Source of the DNA: Candidatus Shapirobacteria bacterium
Lineage (GTDB): Bacteria > Patescibacteriota > Microgenomatia > UBA12405
DNA length: 64,000 nt
Direction: 5' to 3'
NCBI GenBank assembly: GCA_041658125.1
Contig: JBBAAS010000001.1
Span: 15,917-79,916 of the forward strand
Both the position numbers and the translations under genes were made by a program. The stretch's first letter is position 1; the number at the start of each line of letters is the position of its first letter. Under the pieces are notes generated by a model. It searched no databases. It saw only the letters and a program-made list of their open reading frames with translations, and was not told the origin of the DNA. Shown in pieces: positions 55,324 to 64,000 of this stretch.

Positions 55324-56954
55324 TTTGTATATATTCTAAAGCTTTCAGCGGTAGAAGGGAAATCGGATGAATCAATAACTAACGAGTTTGGAGGAATTAC
55401 ATCAGGAATATGGAAAGTAATATTATCAATTTGGTTGACTGTTGAAAAACCAAATTTGTCGGGAGGAGTTAATTTAATTTGGGACTGAATAAGTTTTGGT
55501 GGATATTTGGAGAAGAATAAATATAAGATATATGGTTGGTCATACTTATCAGTCAGGAAAATGTTTTGATATTTGCTTTTGCTGGTATTAATAAAAGGTA
55601 TAATTTCTGAAAATCCCCTATTCCAGGCAAAAGAGTATCTTGAAGGAGAGTGAACAAAATAGGCATCCAGATAAAAAAGGAAACTAAAAATGTACAACGG
55701 AATTATAAGATAGATTAATTTAGGAATTAAGGTAATTGAGTAATAAAGGCCGAAGGCAATAAAGATAGATAAGGGAATAACTAAGGGAAGTGAGCGGAGA
55801 GCTGATGGCGCTTGGAAGGTTAAGGAGGAAGCGAGGGGGGCGATAAAAAGTAAAGAAAACAAGAGTGGTTTGAGATGAGGATACTTTGATTTTAAGACGA
55901 AAATAATTCCCAAAAGTAAAAATGGTAGTTCGAATAAATAAAATTGACCCATACCGGGTGTTTTGGACCGGGGAACGTCGTCACCTTTTAAAAACAAGAA
56001 ATTGTAGTCAAAATGAGAGAAATATTTTTGGGCCCATGAAATGGTATAAAGAACTCTTTTGTTGTGAATTAGCCGGTTTATTAGTAGGGTGTTGCCATGT
56101 TGATTTAAGAGCTCTTCGGCGCGGGCGATGGGTCCGTAATCGGCGGTTAAACCAATGCCACCAAAACGGGTAGCTCCACCATTATTAATAAAAGAAGTTA
56201 AGACAGGAATAGTTAGAGCGATAGTAAGGAAGAGCGCTAGAAGGGAAGATTTAAAAGAATTTAGAAATATTTTAAAATTAAAGATAATTAAAATTAAAAA
56301 TAATACCGGAATTATGATTCGGGCAGAATGGTAGATGTAGAGTGAGGCGACCAGAGGTAAAGGGAAGAGAAATAGAAAATAAAGTTTACGATTTATGATG
56401 AAAGAATAAAACCAATAAAGGCCGAGGACAATAAAAAATAAGGCAGAACAAGATTCCCAGGCTCCACGGGAGAAGTGAATGTGCCAAGGAGAGAGAGAAA
56501 GTGCGATAGCGCTATAGAGCGATAGTGCGATAGACGAAGAAAGTAATAGAACAAATTTATATAAAACCAAAATGGTTAAAATTGAAAAAATTAAATTTGG
56601 AAGACGGATAGCTAGCGGAGTTAGGCCAAAAGTAGCGATGAAAGGCAGAGATAAATAAACGTAGCCGCCGGGTTTGTAATCACCAAAAGATTTGAAGTGA
56701 AGCGGCCAACTAGCACCATGTTCGTCTTTGCCAGTTTGTAAAAGTGAATAGGCGTTATAGCCAAGGGCGGCTTCGTCGGGATTAAGAGATGGGAGAGAGT
56801 TGACGTGGTAAAAGCGAATCAGGGTAGCTAAAAGAAGGATGAAAAAAATTAATTTTGATTTAATTAGTTTGGTAACCATAGAAGGTAGTAGTGTTATTAA
56901 CAGGTGAGAGTGGGGTGAGAAGGGATAGATCAATCCCTTGCCGGATGGCATCAT
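55320..56954 (-). CDS. PMT_2/ArnT-like GT-C membrane glycosyltransferase (GT39/GT83-like), paralog 1 of 3
   Basis: 544 aa. LNPDEAALGYNAYSLLQTGKDEHGASWPLHFKSFGDYKPGGYVYLSLPF is the ArnT/PMT first-loop signature. The start is probably the internal MVTKLIK (~56879). Confidence 0.75.
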   Translation of the reverse strand: MMPSGKGLIYPFSPHSHLLITLLPSMVTKLIKSKLIFFILLLATLIRFYHVNSLPSLNPDEAALGYNAYSLLQTGKDEHGASWPLHFKSFGDYKPGGYVYLSLPFIATFGLTPLAIRLPNLIFSILTILVLYKFVLLLSSSIALSLYSAIALSLSPWHIHFSRGAWESCSALFFIVLGLYWFYSFIINRKLYFLFLFPLPLVASLYIYHSARIIIPVLFLILIIFNFKIFLNSFKSSLLALFLTIALTIPVLTSFINNGGATRFGGIGLTADYGPIARAEELLNQHGNTLLINRLIHNKRVLYTISWAQKYFSHFDYNFLFLKGDDVPRSKTPGMGQFYLFELPFLLLGIIFVLKSKYPHLKPLLFSLLFIAPLASSLTFQAPSALRSLPLVIPLSIFIAFGLYYSITLIPKLIYLIIPLYIFSFLFYLDAYFVHSPSRYSFAWNRGFSEIIPFINTSKSKYQNIFLTDKYDQPYILYLFFSKYPPKLIQSQIKLTPPDKFGFSTVNQIDNITFHIPDVIPPNSLVIDSSDFPSTAESFRIYTK

Positions 56955-58428
56955 CGTAGGAAAAAATCATTAGTTGATGAGGTTTTAATTTGGCACCATT
57001 AAAGTTGGGGGATTCAAAATGAATATTGTCGATTTGAGTGACTTTACCGGTATCCAAACCGTTAACTACTAAATTGGCTTGAGACTGATATTTGGCTGGG
57101 TCGTATTGAGAGAAAAAGAGATAAAAAATATAAGGTTGGCCGTAAAAATCTGAAAAATAAATATCAGTTTTATCTTTAGAATTGGCTAATAAATAATTTG
57201 TGGCTTGCTGATATCCATAAAGGTGTTCGGGTGGTTTATTTTTAACAAAATGATTGAGATATAGATCAGAATAATAAATAAAGCTAAGTATATAAACAAA
57301 AAATATAAATATCTTTAATTTAGATGATGTAATTAGTTTTAAACCTGAAGCGATAAAGAAAATTAAAGGAATAGAAAGTGACATATCACGAACCGGTTGA
57401 ATTGAATCGCGGGTGAGAGCGGATGCTAAGGGGGCGGTTAACAGCCAAAAAAGAAAAAAACAAGTTAAGGGCGTAAGCCGTGATGACAGCTTTTTAAACA
57501 AACCCAAATACAAAAAAATTAATGATGGGTAGAGTATAACGCCGATGTATGGGGTAGAATGTCGAGCTACCTGCCAGTCACCTTCGAAAACCAGAAATCT
57601 TGGAGAAAAATTATTAAAATATCGCTCCCAAAAACCACGAAGAAAAAAGAATACCTGATTATGAAAAACGAGGTAGTCCGATCGGCTAGATTCAGCGACT
57701 ATTTGATTAACTTCGGTTTGATTTTGAGAATACGACCAGAGGCTAAAAACCTGAAGGCGGTTACTATCGTTTTGAGTTAGTAAACCAACGATTACCGGAA
57801 GGGCAATGATAAACAATGGAAGGGAAAATTTTAAGAAAAAGTTTTTTAGTGAGGGACGAAAAATAATTAGTAAGGCAAGAATTATTAAAGGGGACATAAT
57901 TTTGCCGCCTTGATAGGTGAAGAGGGTTAAACCAAAAACAAGGGATGACCAAAAATATTTTTGACGGACAAAAAAATAGGAAGCCAAAATTAATTCAAAG
58001 GTAAGAATATTAGTTTCCCAGGCACCCCGGGAAAAGAGAATATTAAATGGATTAAATGCTAAAAGAAGAGCCGAAATTAGCGCTAATTTTTTAGATCCAG
58101 GGGAAATGGCGGTGATTAACAAAAATAGAAATAAAGGGGTAAGAGAGCCAATGATGATCGATGGAAGCCTAACGGCCAGAGGGGTGAGGCCGAGATCGGC
58201 CACAAAAGGAATGGTAAGGTAAATATAAAACCCGGGTTTATAGTCACCAAACGATTTAAAAATAAAGGGCAATCTAACTCCATATTCATCTTTACCGGTT
58301 TTAATAATAGAATAAGCATTGTAACCAATTGAGGCTTCGTCCCAAAGTAGTGGGACGTAATTCGTTTGGTAGATTCGGACAATAAAAGCCAAAAGGGTAA
58401 TGATAATTAGCCAGTATTTACTAGTCAT
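56860..58428 (-). CDS. PMT_2/ArnT-like GT-C membrane glycosyltransferase, paralog 2 of 3
   Basis: 522 aa. LWDEASIGYNAYSIIKTGKDEYGVRLPFIFKSFGDYKPGFYIYLTIPF. Confidence 0.75.
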   Translation of the reverse strand: MTSKYWLIIITLLAFIVRIYQTNYVPLLWDEASIGYNAYSIIKTGKDEYGVRLPFIFKSFGDYKPGFYIYLTIPFVADLGLTPLAVRLPSIIIGSLTPLFLFLLITAISPGSKKLALISALLLAFNPFNILFSRGAWETNILTFELILASYFFVRQKYFWSSLVFGLTLFTYQGGKIMSPLIILALLIIFRPSLKNFFLKFSLPLFIIALPVIVGLLTQNDSNRLQVFSLWSYSQNQTEVNQIVAESSRSDYLVFHNQVFFFLRGFWERYFNNFSPRFLVFEGDWQVARHSTPYIGVILYPSLIFLYLGLFKKLSSRLTPLTCFFLFWLLTAPLASALTRDSIQPVRDMSLSIPLIFFIASGLKLITSSKLKIFIFFVYILSFIYYSDLYLNHFVKNKPPEHLYGYQQATNYLLANSKDKTDIYFSDFYGQPYIFYLFFSQYDPAKYQSQANLVVNGLDTGKVTQIDNIHFESPNFNGAKLKPHQLMIFSYDDAIRQGIDLSLLTPLSPVNNTTTFYGYQTN

Positions 58429-60010
58429 AGGAGATTATCTCAAAAGCAGGGGTATTATCCAAAAAATTAACGGTATGAAGAATTTTGGAATTTGGTTTAG
58501 GATAGTTGCCATGACTGGTGATGAGAAGGGTATTTTTGGAAGGAGTAAGGGACTTAATGTCCCAATCATTAACAAATTTAAATTTATCGAAAGCATCAAC
58601 CCAGTACCAGTCGGCGTGAAAATCCCATTTTAGGTTAGTATCAGTCAGATATTTTTGAGGAGACCAGGGCCAATAGAAAAGAACAAATTCATGAGGTTCA
58701 CCATATTTTTTGGTAAAGATGATTTGCTTATAGTTAGGATAAAGCGGTTTAACAAACTCGATAGCCTGTTGATAACCGTACTGCCAAGTTTGAGACATGG
58801 ATGTGTTGTATTGAAGATATGTTTTTGAATAAAAAAGAAGCTGAAAAAGAGAGATTAATAAAACTAAAATTAAGACTATTTTGGAGCGGAGGAAACTTAG
58901 ACCGAGGACTATAAAAATGATATAAAAAGGAACAGCACTGGTGGCCCGAATTGAAGGAAAATCACCCATGGTTAGAGCTGAGGGTAAAAGACAAATTAAA
59001 AACATTACCAGTAAATAGCGATATTTTTTAAAAGCAACAAATAGGCCAAGATAAAAAAACGGTAAAAATATAGAAAAGATCAATCCGGTTGAAGGTGGAT
59101 TAAACTGGTAATTTTGGGAACCACGGAAAAAGATGGGTAAGGGATTTAGAAGGTCAAGATAATTTACAGTAAATTGCTGGCTAAAATAGGTAATTTTATT
59201 ATTAACAAGACGGTTTAAAAATTGGGGGCCGGAAAATAGTCGGCGATTTTCATTGATGAGATTGATTGAATTGGGGTTGATGATGCCCACCCAACGATTT
59301 CGGGCTTGAGATTCAGGAGAGAATAAATTGAGGACATTGGGAATGGCGAGAAGAAGAAAGACAATGAGTGATAGAATAACTATTCGGGAATCGATTTTTT
59401 TAATATTTTTTTGGTAAAACCAAAACAAAAATGGTGGTAGAATAGGAACTATTATCCGGGTGTTGTGATAAGCATATAGTGAGATTCCAAAAGATAGTAA
59501 GGCTAAAATGAGTAGAAAATGTTTTTTAAAAGAACTGAGAAATAACCATAAACCAAGCATTAAAAAAAATAGAGATAGGTTTGATTGAAAAACTGCTCGG
59601 GAAGGAAAAACTAACCAAGGGGAAATGGCAAATAAAAACATGGATAAAAGGTTAAAAATAGAGTTTGAGAAGAGTATTTGGACTAAGAAATAGGCCACTA
59701 TTACAGTCAGGGTACCAATAATAGCGTGAGGTAGGCGGATAGCAAACGCATTGAGGCCAAAGACATTAATAAAGGGGATGGTTAGATATAAGTTGGCGGC
59801 AGTCGGATAATCACCGTAGGCTCGGAAGTTAAATAACGGATACGAGACACCCCATTGATCTTTACCAGTTTGGAAAATGGAATAGGCGTTGTAACCATGG
59901 GAAACTTCATCCCAATTTAGAGATGAGGGAATTGAACCGAGTTCTGTAAAACGAAGAAAAACAGCTAGAAATAGTATTAGCCAAAAAAATAATTTAGTGT
60001 TTTTTTTCAC
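58421..60010 (-). CDS. PMT_2/ArnT-like GT-C membrane glycosyltransferase, paralog 3 of 3
   Basis: 529 aa. LNWDEVSHGYNAYSIFQTGKDQWGVSYPLFNFRAYGDYPTAANLYLTIPF. Confidence 0.75.
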   Translation of the reverse strand: MKKNTKLFFWLILFLAVFLRFTELGSIPSSLNWDEVSHGYNAYSIFQTGKDQWGVSYPLFNFRAYGDYPTAANLYLTIPFINVFGLNAFAIRLPHAIIGTLTVIVAYFLVQILFSNSIFNLLSMFLFAISPWLVFPSRAVFQSNLSLFFLMLGLWLFLSSFKKHFLLILALLSFGISLYAYHNTRIIVPILPPFLFWFYQKNIKKIDSRIVILSLIVFLLLAIPNVLNLFSPESQARNRWVGIINPNSINLINENRRLFSGPQFLNRLVNNKITYFSQQFTVNYLDLLNPLPIFFRGSQNYQFNPPSTGLIFSIFLPFFYLGLFVAFKKYRYLLVMFLICLLPSALTMGDFPSIRATSAVPFYIIFIVLGLSFLRSKIVLILVLLISLFQLLFYSKTYLQYNTSMSQTWQYGYQQAIEFVKPLYPNYKQIIFTKKYGEPHEFVLFYWPWSPQKYLTDTNLKWDFHADWYWVDAFDKFKFVNDWDIKSLTPSKNTLLITSHGNYPKPNSKILHTVNFLDNTPAFEIISYD

Positions 60011-61616
60011 GAAAGATACTTAATAATATAAATATTATAAAAGAAACGGTGGAAATTGTATTGGCGATAAAGCGAAGCGGGGTATTTTCGAAACTAAGAT
60101 AAAAAGAATGAGTACCGGAAGAGAGATTAAGAGTAATTAGACCGAGATCGTGATCTACGACATAAGGGGACGGAATATTGTCAACCTTTAGGGAAAAATT
60201 GGGAAAATAGACTACTGGCAAGTTAATAAAAGCGTTATCGGAGGAGACAATAATTTTGCCGGTGGCGGAATGGCTGTTTTTAGAAAAGCTGACGATTTGG
60301 GCTGTACCGGCGATAACTTCGGGACCTTTGGCAAAATAATTGGGAAAGTTTTTACTAAAGACTGGCCAATAATCTTTAAGACCGGCATCGCTTTGGGCGA
60401 TGACATTGGCAGGAGATAATTTCTGTTGATCGGTTAAATAGGGAAACCAAATGTCTTCTTTGAAAAAAGAGAAATTTAATAAAAGCACTAGAAATAGTAA
60501 CGACAGAACGGTCAAATAACGGTATTTTTTGAAAAATTTAATTTGCAACAAAAACCCAGAGATAAGGGCAAATGAAAAAACAGCCGGGGCTAGAAAGCGC
60601 CAAGGGAATTGGTAAAAAGGTAATAATGAAATATGCTGCCAAATAAAGGTTGATTTGTTGTGGGTGAGAAATAAACTAAAAAGACCAACAAAGAAAAAAG
60701 TAATTATTAAGTATTTGTTTTTAATTTTAGTTTTGTAATTGAGAATTAGATAGAAAATAATAATTAATGGAATGAACCATTGAAGATAACCCAGTTGAAA
60801 AGACATATCATCAATCGGCCCCCAAAGAGAGGCACCAAAACCCCAATCGTTGTGGTTGATAAACAACTGTTTTAGGGTGACAAAGTGAATAATGTAGTAA
60901 AAATAACCCTGAGTCATGGTGGCAACTGTGGTAAATTGTTTTTCAAAAAAAGCCGGAAGTACAAAGAAGACCGACAAAAGAAATCCGAGGAATGAGTATT
61001 TTATAAATGAAATAATTTTGGAGCGAAAAAATATCAAATGAGTTAAGATTAAAAGAGGTGCAACATAAAGAAGGGTTAAGTTGTGGGATAAGGCGAGGAA
61101 GGCAAGAAATAAGGCATAAAGTAAGTATTTTTTCTTGATGGAAAAATAAAATACAAAAGGTAATAAAGCTAGACCGAGATTTTCAGCTAAAGCACCACGA
61201 ACATAGCTGTTGATAGCTTGATAGGGTGCCAAAGAAAATAGAATTGCAGAAACTAGTCCCCCGCCAGGACCAAAAAAAAGCGATGATAATAAAAATATAC
61301 CAACAGGACGGATAAATGACGTGAGTATGAAAACTAGTTTGATACTATCAATATAGGGAAAGCCGGCAAAATGAAAGATTTCTCCGATTGCGTATGGAAG
61401 TGGAGAATAAAAATTGAATAAAGGATAACCGTAGCCAAATCCTCCATCAGGGACATAACGGCAAGGGATTTGACCATCATGAACACAAATGTCTAATTGT
61501 TGCAGACGAAAAACATGCATATCGTCTTGCATGGAAAAATAACCCGGTCTAAACAATCGGTAGCTACCGATTAAACCAAGAGCAAAAATAATAAAAAGTA
61601 TAAATTTTTTATTCAT
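59994..61616 (-). CDS. Polytopic membrane protein, putative GT-C-like (YfhO/ArnT-like) glycosyltransferase
   Basis: 540 aa. N-terminal TM, then an acidic loop YFSMQDDMHVFRLQQLDICVHDGQIPCRYVPDGGFGYGYPLFNFYSPLPY, followed by ~11 TM helices and a C-terminal soluble domain. Confidence 0.45.
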   Translation of the reverse strand: MNKKFILFIIFALGLIGSYRLFRPGYFSMQDDMHVFRLQQLDICVHDGQIPCRYVPDGGFGYGYPLFNFYSPLPYAIGEIFHFAGFPYIDSIKLVFILTSFIRPVGIFLLSSLFFGPGGGLVSAILFSLAPYQAINSYVRGALAENLGLALLPFVFYFSIKKKYLLYALFLAFLALSHNLTLLYVAPLLILTHLIFFRSKIISFIKYSFLGFLLSVFFVLPAFFEKQFTTVATMTQGYFYYIIHFVTLKQLFINHNDWGFGASLWGPIDDMSFQLGYLQWFIPLIIIFYLILNYKTKIKNKYLIITFFFVGLFSLFLTHNKSTFIWQHISLLPFYQFPWRFLAPAVFSFALISGFLLQIKFFKKYRYLTVLSLLFLVLLLNFSFFKEDIWFPYLTDQQKLSPANVIAQSDAGLKDYWPVFSKNFPNYFAKGPEVIAGTAQIVSFSKNSHSATGKIIVSSDNAFINLPVVYFPNFSLKVDNIPSPYVVDHDLGLITLNLSSGTHSFYLSFENTPLRFIANTISTVSFIIFILLSIFREKKH

Positions 61617-61667
61617 TAAGTTTAAGAAGATAGATTAGTTTAATATAAACTTAATTGTAGGTATAAA

Positions 61668-62249
61668 TCACAAAAATAAAAATAAAGTAAATAGTAAAAG
61701 TAGATAAGTCGTTTTATAAATAAAGGATATTTGAGTAAGTTGAGAAGTTAAACGATGAAAATTGAACTTCAGACGATTAGCAAAGCCTGATTGGTAATAA
61801 GTTGAATTAAAGACAGGTTGACCGTGATTGTCGGTCAATAAATATAGAGAGTTTGGATCGGGATTGTCGGTACTTATATTTATCTGGACGATTCCTTCGT
61901 TTTTAGTGGGTAGCGGTTTATATTTCAAAACTAAATTTGAAGGGTCGCCAATATTAGATCCAGAAAAAGATAAAACTTTTTCATCAGTACCAGAGGAAAT
62001 TTTAAAATGAATTAAATTGTTATTTAAAATTTGGGGATTTTTAAGAGTGAAAGTAAGGGAGTTTAAATTGGTATTAGTAGTAGTGACTTCAAAATTATAA
62101 GTATGACCGATATCTAAGGAATTAAAAAATGTTGGGTTTGATTGATTGGAAATTGAGTGACGGGAGGTAATAAATAAGGTAGGTAAAAGAATTAATAGTA
62201 AAAACCCCAAAAGGATAAAACTAATGGCGATTATTTTTTTCATGGGCAA
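61668..62249 (-). CDS. Hypothetical secreted/membrane-anchored protein
   Basis: 193 aa. N-terminal signal-anchor (IIAISFILLGFLLLILLPTLF), Asn/Thr/Ser-rich beta-rich middle, C-terminal hydrophobic tail. Confidence 0.35.
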   Translation of the reverse strand: MPMKKIIAISFILLGFLLLILLPTLFITSRHSISNQSNPTFFNSLDIGHTYNFEVTTTNTNLNSLTFTLKNPQILNNNLIHFKISSGTDEKVLSFSGSNIGDPSNLVLKYKPLPTKNEGIVQINISTDNPDPNSLYLLTDNHGQPVFNSTYYQSGFANRLKFNFHRLTSQLTQISFIYKTTYLLLLFTLFLFL

Positions 62250-63471
62250 AAAAGATAATAAAGGACGTTAAAAATGTTAGATATTGAAAAATTATTTGAA
62301 ATTTTAGCGGATCCTGCATGAGACGGTAGCGAATAAGATTGTAGGGAGAAGTGACTTTGACAAATAAAGGATCGATGGGGATTAAATGTCCCCAGGTTAA
62401 ATAATTGTCATCGATAAGCAATACTCTTAGTAATAGCGGCAAAAACAGAAGATGACCCAGTAGCAACTTTTTGGGGGATGAGGCAAAGGCGAGCAGGTAA
62501 AAAGGGTAAAACCAAAGTAGCCACTGGGAATGAAAATTTACCAGGCAGACAAATAATAAGAAAATAAAAGTAATGTTTTTAAATATTGTTGAAGGTGAAT
62601 ATCTCCATGAATAAAGAAAATATAAGATGTAAATAATGGGGAAAACAGGTATAGAGAATAATTTAAACTCAATAATTTTTTGAGTTAGACCGGAACCAAT
62701 AAAAGACCGAATGAATGAAGAGTCGTTGATAAATGGTAAGACGCTAAATAGCAGAGGTATAAGAGAAATAAATGAGTATTTGATAAGTTTGGAAAAATTT
62801 GATCGGGTAGAAATAAGAAAGAAAGGTAAAAGTAGCAGGGAATAAAATTTTAAGGCAATTGATAGTCCAAAAATGAAAAACGATAAAGAAGGACGTTGAC
62901 GTTTTAAAAGATAAAAGGCTAAAAAAGTAAAGAAAACCGGAAGAATATCAAAATTTTGTAAAACATATATTAAGTAAAAAACTAAAGGGTTAAATAGCCA
63001 GAGTAGGTAATAATTTTTTTTGGGATAAAGACGGTAAATAAGTAAGCCTATTAGTGTATCTAAAAATAAATAGGGAAGTTTCAGGAGAAATAAAAATACT
63101 GGTAAATTGGCATAATTATTTTGATGATCACTCCAATCATTGATCCATGTTGAAAAATTTGGCGGAGCAATTTTTTGGACGATAGCGGAATATGTGCCGA
63201 AAGTAAAATAGGTTAAAGGTAAATAATTAAAAGTATCTTGGTATGGGAGATTTGTTTTATTTTGGTCAATATATTGATAAATATTGGTTACACCACGGGA
63301 TAAATATTGAAAATGAAAATATTGGCTTTTAATATCAGGATGATAGAACCAGGGTAATAAGAGTAGTTTGATAATCAAGGACAAGACGAAGAGTTGTTTA
63401 GCGGTTTTGGTCACGGAAAAGATGAATTTTTGATAAAAAGCGATACCACTTTTGGCCAGACCATATGACAA
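62221..63471 (-). CDS. Polytopic membrane protein, possible GT-C/DUF2029-like glycosyltransferase
   Basis: 416 aa, ~10 TM. No firm motif. Weak resemblance to GT87/PIG-M-like integral-membrane mannosyltransferases. Confidence 0.35.
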   Translation of the reverse strand: MSYGLAKSGIAFYQKFIFSVTKTAKQLFVLSLIIKLLLLPWFYHPDIKSQYFHFQYLSRGVTNIYQYIDQNKTNLPYQDTFNYLPLTYFTFGTYSAIVQKIAPPNFSTWINDWSDHQNNYANLPVFLFLLKLPYLFLDTLIGLLIYRLYPKKNYYLLWLFNPLVFYLIYVLQNFDILPVFFTFLAFYLLKRQRPSLSFFIFGLSIALKFYSLLLLPFFLISTRSNFSKLIKYSFISLIPLLFSVLPFINDSSFIRSFIGSGLTQKIIEFKLFSIPVFPIIYILYFLYSWRYSPSTIFKNITFIFLLFVCLVNFHSQWLLWFYPFYLLAFASSPKKLLLGHLLFLPLLLRVLLIDDNYLTWGHLIPIDPLFVKVTSPYNLIRYRLMQDPLKFQIIFQYLTFLTSFIIFFAHEKNNRH

Positions 63472-64000
63472 AATTAATTAAATAATGGATAAAAACTCCA
63501 TGATATTTGATACTTCCAGAGACTAGCTTTTTATAACTAGCGTTAATCCCGGTTAACTGTTTGGCGCTGGCACCGTGTTGATGAATAATTTGACAATCAG
63601 GAAAATAAAATATATTTAAGCCAAGGGCGCGGATCCGGCGACATAAATCCATATCTTCAAAATAAAAAGGATAATGTTCATTCCAGCCGAAAAGTTTTTG
63701 AAAAAGAGTTTTTTTGATTAAAACGGCACCGCCGGAAATTGACCAAACGGAAATAGGTTCTTTGGTAATGGGGCTGTATTTTAAGTAGGTGGGTTTTCTT
63801 AACCAAAATTGTTTAAAAGCGTTTAAGGGTGTTTGGGGTGGAAAAACTGAACCTTGAGGTGTTAAATCAGTATTTAATAACTTGGGTCCAACTAAGCCAC
63901 ATTTTGGAGTTTCTAATAAAAACTTAAGCATTTGGAGTAATTTATTGTCGACTAATTCCATATCCGAATTAAGAAAAAGAAAAACATGGCTAGTAGCTTG
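63398..64000 (-). CDS. Glycosyltransferase family 2 (GT-A), partial. The N-terminus lies beyond the window end.
   Basis: The ORF is open to the window edge (... QATSHVFLFLNSDMELVDNK ...). LFLNSD and the later YFEDMDLCRRIRALG are GT2 hallmarks. Confidence 0.7.
   Translation of the reverse strand, partial: QATSHVFLFLNSDMELVDNKLLQMLKFLLETPKCGLVGPKLLNTDLTPQGSVFPPQTPLNAFKQFWLRKPTYLKYSPITKEPISVWSISGGAVLIKKTLFQKLFGWNEHYPFYFEDMDLCRRIRALGLNIFYFPDCQIIHQHGASAKQLTGINASYKKLVSGSIKYHGVFIHYLINFVIWSGQKWYRFLSKIHLFRDQNR

Noticed and set aside
1-64000. Search for tRNA, rRNA, CRISPR arrays and transposases/IS elements
   Set aside because: No cloverleaf-like conserved tRNA motifs were seen. There are no long non-coding stretches. 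No spacer-repeat arrays or DDE/serine recombinase-like ORFs were recognised. Coding density is too high to hide such elements.

Overview
The whole 64 kb window is one very dense glycan-assembly and glycosylation locus from a low-GC bacterium. The architecture resembles CPR/Patescibacteria: short overlapping genes and many PMT/ArnT-like GT-C proteins. This taxonomic guess is not verifiable from the sequence alone. I call about 60 protein-coding genes and one gene remnant; no rRNA, tRNA, CRISPR array or transposase was found. Gene content by my count: 8-10 GT-B (GT4-type) glycosyltransferases, 11 GT-A (GT2-type) glycosyltransferases including one C-terminal partial gene at the right window edge, plus one 14-codon GT2 remnant, and at least 8 polytopic GT-C-like membrane proteins. 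The GT-C-like set includes three tandem PMT/ArnT-like paralogs, a TPR-bearing TMTC-like protein and a Wzy_C/O-antigen-ligase-like protein. There is a Wzm/Wzt ABC-2 exporter, GalE, a nucleotide-sugar dehydrogenase, hexapeptide and Acyltransferase_3 acetyltransferases, a DUF192 protein and a UPF0104 flippase-like protein. The locus also carries five cobalamin-binding (class B) radical SAM genes, one radical SAM/SPASM gene, four class I SAM methyltransferases and one FkbM methyltransferase. An AbiEi/AbiEii type IV toxin-antitoxin pair is embedded in-operon. The most interesting region is an AT-rich ~15 kb sub-island at ~20.0-35.1 kb. Its left edge truncates an ancestral GT2 gene. It carries a thiolase/3-hydroxyacyl-CoA dehydrogenase/polysaccharide deacetylase/FemAB-like acyltransferase module, which I infer could attach a 3-hydroxyacyl group to an amino sugar. 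It also carries a Gtr-like three-component module (DPM1-like GT2, small membrane protein, large polytopic membrane protein) interrupted by two B12-radical SAM genes and followed by a SAM methyltransferase. All family calls are by eye from the translated ORFs, with no database search. The ORF track misses a partial GT4 gene at 1..1042 (minus strand) because it runs off the window edge.
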